Shown here one piece after another: positions 58,808 to 64,000 of a DNA stretch of 64,000 nt (within the stretch, counting starts at the first letter, position 1; the number at the start of each line of letters is the position of its first letter). The position numbers and the translations under genes were made by a program. The notes under the pieces were generated by a model. That model was not told the DNA's origin and did no database searches. It saw only the letters and a program-made list of their open reading frames with translations. This DNA is from an uncultured delta proteobacterium. GTDB taxonomy: Bacteria > Desulfobacterota > Binatia > Binatales > Binataceae. The stretch covers positions 288,001 through 352,000 of the forward strand of contig CAWCDG010000007.1 in the NCBI GenBank assembly GCA_963794325.1, read 5' to 3'.

Positions 58808-60784
58808 TCAGGGCTTGCGACAGATTACGACGCGGACTTCGCCGGCGTCTTTGACCTTGATGATGGCGCGCTGGTTGTCGACGTCGAGTTCTGCGATGCC
58901 GCCGATCACTTCGATCTCGCATCCGCGTGGGTATTGGAGGCGCGGAACGAAGATCTCGGTCGGTTGGAGTACGGCTGGGTCGAACTCGAATGTGTAGTCG
59001 AACAGTCCCGTGACGCGATCGAATTTCATCTTGTGCGGGATACCCTGAGTAGCCAGTGCGTACGGTCTGACGAAGCCGGCGAGGGCGCGGCCGCCGCTGT
59101 TGAGGTCACTGGGATTACTCTGTTGGTCGCGTGAGAAGATACTCAGATCCTCCTGGTTCCATCCGTCGCCAATAGCCAGATCATTCCTATTCGATGCAGT
59201 ATAGTTCCATTGCGTACTATTGATTAACAGAGTATCCAGCGCATTATACATCAGGTCGAGCGCGATGATGTGAGGAGTCCATGGTGTATCGGTGCGATCG
59301 CCTGCCTTGAAGGCGCGGTAGGCTTCGCCGCCGTTCAAATCGAAAGGGATTCCGAATTCACCGATCAAGGTGGGCACGCCATCGTGCACAGTCTCCGACA
59401 TTCGCGCGATTTTGCCGAGCTGACGTTGGTAGCGCGCCTGCAATTGGTCGGCAGCCTCCGCGATTTCGCCGGTCATCGTGCCGAGACTGAAGTTCGGATT
59501 GAAAGTCTTGGTCGAGAGCGCGACCACGTCGTACCAATGGCCGGCGTTGACGGTGTTGGGCGGAGTGTCGGCGGGGAACCCAGGACCGAAGAAACCGGAA
59601 TGCGGATCGAGCTCGGCGAACAGGATCCAATCGGGATTAATCTCGCGAATACTTTCGGCGACGCTCGCAAAAAACGGTCCCATGTAGTCTTCGATGAAAT
59701 TGACCTTGCGGTCGCCGACGCGCTGAAAAATGTCGTCGCGCATAACATTGAAAGTGCTGTCCCTATTGAGCCTCCATGCACCTGCATTCTCGAACGGATC
59801 GCCTTTATCGTCGGGCCAAATCGAGATGTGGTCGGGATTGATCATGCGATCACGCTTGTGCACGACCGCCCTGGTCTCGGGATCGAAGCTGAGTACCGGT
59901 ATCGAGCGCGTCACTCCGTGCGAGACGAGCAGGCCGTCGATCGGCGACCAAGCGAGCCCCGGCATCGCACGATTTGGATTGGTATCGCTCGGACCGAGAT
60001 GACGATAGCTGAGCGACTGCCCGATCCATCCGGGGGCGGGTTCGTTGAGCGAATCGAAGCCCATTAGATTGGGCAGGTCGCGGACGCGGAGCGCGATTTC
60101 ACGCATCGCGCCGAGGTAGTGCTCGAGCATGTAGTCCTGCACGTTGTCGCCATCGATGGTCAGTCCGGGGGTGAAGTCGCGACCGGCGAAGAACAGGGTC
60201 CACATGATGCCGTTGGCGGGGCGGCGCGAATTCGCCGACCAGCTCATGGTAGGGTAGCGGTCCTCCTGGCGGCCTCCGCGCGAATAGTCATACAGATTTT
60301 GCATTACATGTGCGGAGCCCGACTCGGCAATTCGCCGATAGTCAATTCCAACTTTTTCGAATAGCCAACCGGGTGCACCGTCGCCACCCGACATGCGACT
60401 CCATACGTCCTGATGGAAATCGACGAATACATAGAAGCCATAGTCACCGGCGAGGCGGCATAGCTCGGCGAAGTAGTCCAGATATTCGACGTCGTAGTCA
60501 TTCGGGCCGCGATGCTCGACGGCTTCCCAGGTAGTCAGCAAGCGGAGGCAGTTGAAGCCCCACGCGCGCAGGCGCGAGAAGTGTTCGTCGGCCTCGGCAA
60601 TCGGAAACGGACGGCCGATGAAGGAGACCTCGCGATGGTTGGAAAAGTCCGAGGGGAAATTGGTGCCGCCGTCAGGGTAGGGGACTTTGCAATCGCCGCC
60701 GAGGTTGACGCCGCGCAAAATGACGCGGCGCCCGTGCCCGTCAACGAACCATCGTCCATCGATATGCAGTCGCGGGAGGTTCAT
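58808..60784 (-). CDS. Glycoside hydrolase family 5, endoglycoceramidase/steryl-glucosidase-like
   Basis: LRGVNLGG, WEAVEH, DFHQDVWSR..GDGAP, LNEP (acid/base), IGEFG (nucleophile), GDGWNQEDLSIFS; ATG 60784. Confidence 0.9.
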   Translation of the reverse strand: MNLPRLHIDGRWFVDGHGRRVILRGVNLGGDCKVPYPDGGTNFPSDFSNHREVSFIGRPFPIAEADEHFSRLRAWGFNCLRLLTTWEAVEHRGPNDYDVEYLDYFAELCRLAGDYGFYVFVDFHQDVWSRMSGGDGAPGWLFEKVGIDYRRIAESGSAHVMQNLYDYSRGGRQEDRYPTMSWSANSRRPANGIMWTLFFAGRDFTPGLTIDGDNVQDYMLEHYLGAMREIALRVRDLPNLMGFDSLNEPAPGWIGQSLSYRHLGPSDTNPNRAMPGLAWSPIDGLLVSHGVTRSIPVLSFDPETRAVVHKRDRMINPDHISIWPDDKGDPFENAGAWRLNRDSTFNVMRDDIFQRVGDRKVNFIEDYMGPFFASVAESIREINPDWILFAELDPHSGFFGPGFPADTPPNTVNAGHWYDVVALSTKTFNPNFSLGTMTGEIAEAADQLQARYQRQLGKIARMSETVHDGVPTLIGEFGIPFDLNGGEAYRAFKAGDRTDTPWTPHIIALDLMYNALDTLLINSTQWNYTASNRNDLAIGDGWNQEDLSIFSRDQQSNPSDLNSGGRALAGFVRPYALATQGIPHKMKFDRVTGLFDYTFEFDPAVLQPTEIFVPRLQYPRGCEIEVIGGIAELDVDNQRAIIKVKDAGEVRVVICRKP

Positions 60785-60833
60785 GGCGCGAGGTTGACGC
60801 AATGTCGGTTGGCCGGTCAAGCTGCACAGTTCA

Positions 60834-61217
60834 ATGGCGGCGAGCTGGCAGGAGAGTGAAATAATTCCGGGGTTGTTCGTCGGGGATTTGCAGGATGCGC
60901 AGAAGTTTGGCGGGACGATCATCAGCGTGCTGCCTGACGTGCCCGAAGGCGAGCCGGCGCAGGCTATTCATATGCCGTTTCTCGCGGAGGGCGTTGTGAC
61001 GCTCGACAAGACGGCGGCGCTGATCGACGACGAGCTCGCGCAGGGGAATCGCGTGCTGGTGCATTGCGAGGAAGGATGCGAGCGCGCGCCGCTGGTGGTG
61101 GCGTGGTTTCTGAAGAGCAGGCGTGGCAAGACGCTTGACGAAGCGTATGCGCTGTTGAAGAGCGCGAGGCCGATTGTGGTGGATCGGCGGCGCTGGCTGG
61201 GTATCCATAATCGATAG
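60834..61217 (+). CDS. Dual-specificity phosphatase family protein
   Basis: IIPGLFVG, VLVHCEEGCER (CX5R), LKSARP. Confidence 0.85.
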   Translation: MAASWQESEIIPGLFVGDLQDAQKFGGTIISVLPDVPEGEPAQAIHMPFLAEGVVTLDKTAALIDDELAQGNRVLVHCEEGCERAPLVVAWFLKSRRGKTLDEAYALLKSARPIVVDRRRWLGIHNR

Positions 61218-61292
61218 GCATGTCTAGAGTCTTACCGACGGTTTGACTATTGGCTGGCGACGGCTCAGGCTGGCGGCGTCAAGCGTGGGGAG

Positions 61293-64000
61293 ATGGCCGA
61301 GTTTCTGAATCGCGTCGTTAAGCGTGCAGGAATCGCCCTCGAGCATTTGAGGGCGGCGTTTCATCCGAGCAAGCCTTGGGTTGCGCGCACGCGGGAATTG
61401 GGGCGCTCGCGGCGGGTGCGCAAAACCGGGGTCATCGTGGTCGCGGTGGTGTTGTTCCTGGGCGTCGCCACTTACATCGCGGTTCCACCGATACTGCGGC
61501 ACGTGCTGACCGGGTCGGTTGCGAGCAGTATCCATCGCCAGGTGACTGTCGGCAAAATCCGCTTCAATCTTTATCGGCTGAAGCTCGATCTCGACCAACT
61601 GCATGTTGGCGAGCGCGACGATCCGCAGAAACCGTTCGTCGACCTGGGGCATCTGGCGGTAAAGGTCTCGTGGACGTCGCTGTTCAGACTTGCGCCCGTG
61701 GTCGGCGAGGTAATCGTCGAGCGGCCGCAAATTCACGTAGTCCGCCTGTCGCAGCAGAAGTTCAACTTTTCCGATTTGCTCGAGAGCGCGCCCGCGCCAC
61801 CGAATCCGAAACCGGTTGCGCCGAGCAAGCCGATGAAATTCGCGGTCTCGAACATCCAACTGCGCGACGGCGAAGTGACTATCGACGATCAACTGCTCGG
61901 CAAGCAGCACAAGGTCGAGAAGATTCAGATCAACGTGCCGTTTATCGCGAACCTGCCCGCGGACGTGGACGTGTTCGTGCAGCCGCTGGTGCAGATGGTG
62001 ATCGACGGCAGTCCGCTGCGAATTGCCGGCGTGTCCAAGCCGTTCCAGGCGACGCGCGACTCGGTGGTCGATTTGAAACTGCATCGCCTCGACATCCCGC
62101 AATACGTCGGCTACGCGCCGATGAAACTGCCGGTGAAAATTCCGAGCGGGACGCTCTCGACCGATCTTTATCTGCATTTCGTGCAGGCGGAAGCGCAGCC
62201 GCTGATTCGGATTAACGGGACGGTTGCGATCGATCAACTTGACGTTCGCGATACTGCCGACGCGCCGATCGTCGCGATGAAGCATGCGGAGGTGAAGCTC
62301 AGCGATGTCGAGCCGCTGGCCGCGATATTCTACCTGAGGTCTATCTGGATTGACGGGTTGATGGCGAACGTCAGGCTGAATCCGGACGGCACCAACAATC
62401 TTTCGTCGCTGGCGAGCGGCGGTGCGGCCGCGCCGGCGAGTACTCCTGCACCGCTCGCCGGCGCGGCGACCCCGAACGCCGCATCGACTCCCGCAGGCAC
62501 GATGGCGCAACAGGCAGTGGCGGTGGCGGGTCCGTCGCCGGCCAAAGCGCCGATGGATTTTCAACTGGAATCGTTCGTGCTGACGAAAAGCGGAGTGAAC
62601 GTTCAGGACAACAGCGGCCCGGCTCCGGCGGCGGCGGCGCTCGACGCGCTCGAGGTGGGAGTAAAAAATCTGCGGACGCTTGGGAAGTCGCCCGCGACGT
62701 TTTACGTGACCACGAATATTCACAGCGGCGGCGCGCTGGCGGTGACGGGCGCGCTGAATCTGCCGCAATCGCAGGTGACGAGCGATGTGTCGATCGACAA
62801 GATCGATCTGCCCGCGCTACAGCCGTTCGCGCAGAAATTTCTCGCGGCCACGATAGCGTCGGGCAAGTTCAGCGCGAAGGCCAACGTACAGACGAATTTC
62901 GCGAGCGGCCACTTCAACGTGCATTCGGAGCCGGCCAGCGTCGCGATCGAAAATTTCGAAGTGGATGCGCCGCACGAAAAAGAAAAGCCGGTGCAGTGGA
63001 AAAATTTCAGCGTCGCGATCGGGCAGTTCGATCTGGCGTCGCGTCAGGCGACGGTTACCGAAGTGAAAGCCGACGGGATGCATCTGTATGTGAGGCGCGA
63101 GCGCGACGGGAAATTGAGTCTCGAGTCGCTGATGCGCGGCAGCGAACCCGCGCCGCACGCCGAGCGCGTCGCGGCGCGCCAGCCGAGACGAACGCCGCGC
63201 GAGCGCCATAGAGCGGAGCGCAAACCGGCCGCGCCCGCGTCGCCGGCGGCGCCGACGACGCCCGCGTCGCCGAGTTTTCAATTCCAGGTTGCGAGCGTCT
63301 CGCTCGATCAGACTGACGCGACTTTCGTGGACGAAAGCGCGCCGCAACCGGTGACGGTCGCGGTCGCGCCGCTGAACCTGCATCTCAAGGACGTGACCAG
63401 CGACTTCAGCAAGCCTTTCAAGGTCGACATTGACGGGACGTTGAATCGCAAGGGCACTTTCAAGGTCGCCGGCACCGCGGCGATTGCGCCGCTCAAGGCC
63501 GACCTGCGCGTCGCCACCAAGCGCCTCGACCTGACGTTCGCCGATCCGTACGTGAGCACCAGGATGAACGCGAAGATCACGACTGCGAACCTGACGATGG
63601 ACGGCGCAGTCGGGCTTGAGCAGCAGCGCAAGGATTTTCTGGTCAGTTACAAGGGCGACGCGGCGCTGGGCAGTGTGCGGATGCTCGACAAGCTGACCAA
63701 CGACCTGTTTTTCCGCATGACCGCGCTCAACGTGAACGGAATCGACTTCGCGCTGGGCAAGGGTCCGCCGAAAGTGCATGTCGGACTGATCGCGCTGAAC
63801 GATTTTTATTCGCGGATCATTCTCAACAAAGACGGCAAGCTGAATTTGAAGGACGTGACGGCGAGCCCGCAGGAAGCGCCGACCTCGCTGACGCGCGCGG
63901 AAGGCGAGCCGGGGTCGAAGGGCGCGGTTCCGATAGCGCCGAGCTCGACGCCGACTCCGGCAGCAGCGCCGAGCGTAGCGGCCGCGACGACTCCTGGAGC
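61293..64000 (+). CDS. DUF748 domain-containing (AsmA-like) protein, runs off the window end
   Basis: ATG 61293 begins MAEFLNR, then an N-terminal TM, RQVTVGKIRFN, VSWTSLFRLAPVV, FNFSDLL, PFIANLPADV; absent from the ORF track, consistent with no stop inside the window. Confidence 0.85.
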   Translation, partial: MAEFLNRVVKRAGIALEHLRAAFHPSKPWVARTRELGRSRRVRKTGVIVVAVVLFLGVATYIAVPPILRHVLTGSVASSIHRQVTVGKIRFNLYRLKLDLDQLHVGERDDPQKPFVDLGHLAVKVSWTSLFRLAPVVGEVIVERPQIHVVRLSQQKFNFSDLLESAPAPPNPKPVAPSKPMKFAVSNIQLRDGEVTIDDQLLGKQHKVEKIQINVPFIANLPADVDVFVQPLVQMVIDGSPLRIAGVSKPFQATRDSVVDLKLHRLDIPQYVGYAPMKLPVKIPSGTLSTDLYLHFVQAEAQPLIRINGTVAIDQLDVRDTADAPIVAMKHAEVKLSDVEPLAAIFYLRSIWIDGLMANVRLNPDGTNNLSSLASGGAAAPASTPAPLAGAATPNAASTPAGTMAQQAVAVAGPSPAKAPMDFQLESFVLTKSGVNVQDNSGPAPAAAALDALEVGVKNLRTLGKSPATFYVTTNIHSGGALAVTGALNLPQSQVTSDVSIDKIDLPALQPFAQKFLAATIASGKFSAKANVQTNFASGHFNVHSEPASVAIENFEVDAPHEKEKPVQWKNFSVAIGQFDLASRQATVTEVKADGMHLYVRRERDGKLSLESLMRGSEPAPHAERVAARQPRRTPRERHRAERKPAAPASPAAPTTPASPSFQFQVASVSLDQTDATFVDESAPQPVTVAVAPLNLHLKDVTSDFSKPFKVDIDGTLNRKGTFKVAGTAAIAPLKADLRVATKRLDLTFADPYVSTRMNAKITTANLTMDGAVGLEQQRKDFLVSYKGDAALGSVRMLDKLTNDLFFRMTALNVNGIDFALGKGPPKVHVGLIALNDFYSRIILNKDGKLNLKDVTASPQEAPTSLTRAEGEPGSKGAVPIAPSSTPTPAAAPSVAAATTPG

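Overview
GC-rich bacterial chromosome segment with about 50 CDS and a complete rRNA operon (16S-tRNA-Ile-tRNA-Ala-23S-5S, about 25.1-30.6 kb). Gene content and style suggest Candidatus Binatia/Binatota, which is my inference and was not checked against a database. Main blocks: (1) lipid/steroid-type catabolic enzymes (CYP125-like P450, arylsulfatase, two enoyl-CoA hydratases, acyl-CoA dehydrogenase, MaoC, LLM oxidoreductase, GH5 endoglycoceramidase-like, tandem amidases); (2) a USP/Hsp20/Lon-like/pncB stress cluster; (3) three AT-richer GT-C-like membrane proteins behind aroG; (4) a prkA(yeaG)-yeaH-spoVR operon with a fourth small Zn-ribbon gene; (5) a CADD-type enzyme and several secreted proteins. 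No CRISPR array, transposase or integrase was seen. The best candidates for undescribed biology are a DUF5678-like plus retropepsin-like protease two-gene cassette (41.9-42.6 kb) and two tandem secreted Nal1-like serine proteases whose usual N-terminal domain sits at the C-terminus, each behind a shared sigma54-type motif (46.3-48.7 kb). Also notable: two small membrane ORFs missing from the ORF track, 16S variants at the 341F/EUB338 site and at C1192, several unrelated REP-like palindrome families, and three genes each broken by one extra base (probably sequencing errors).
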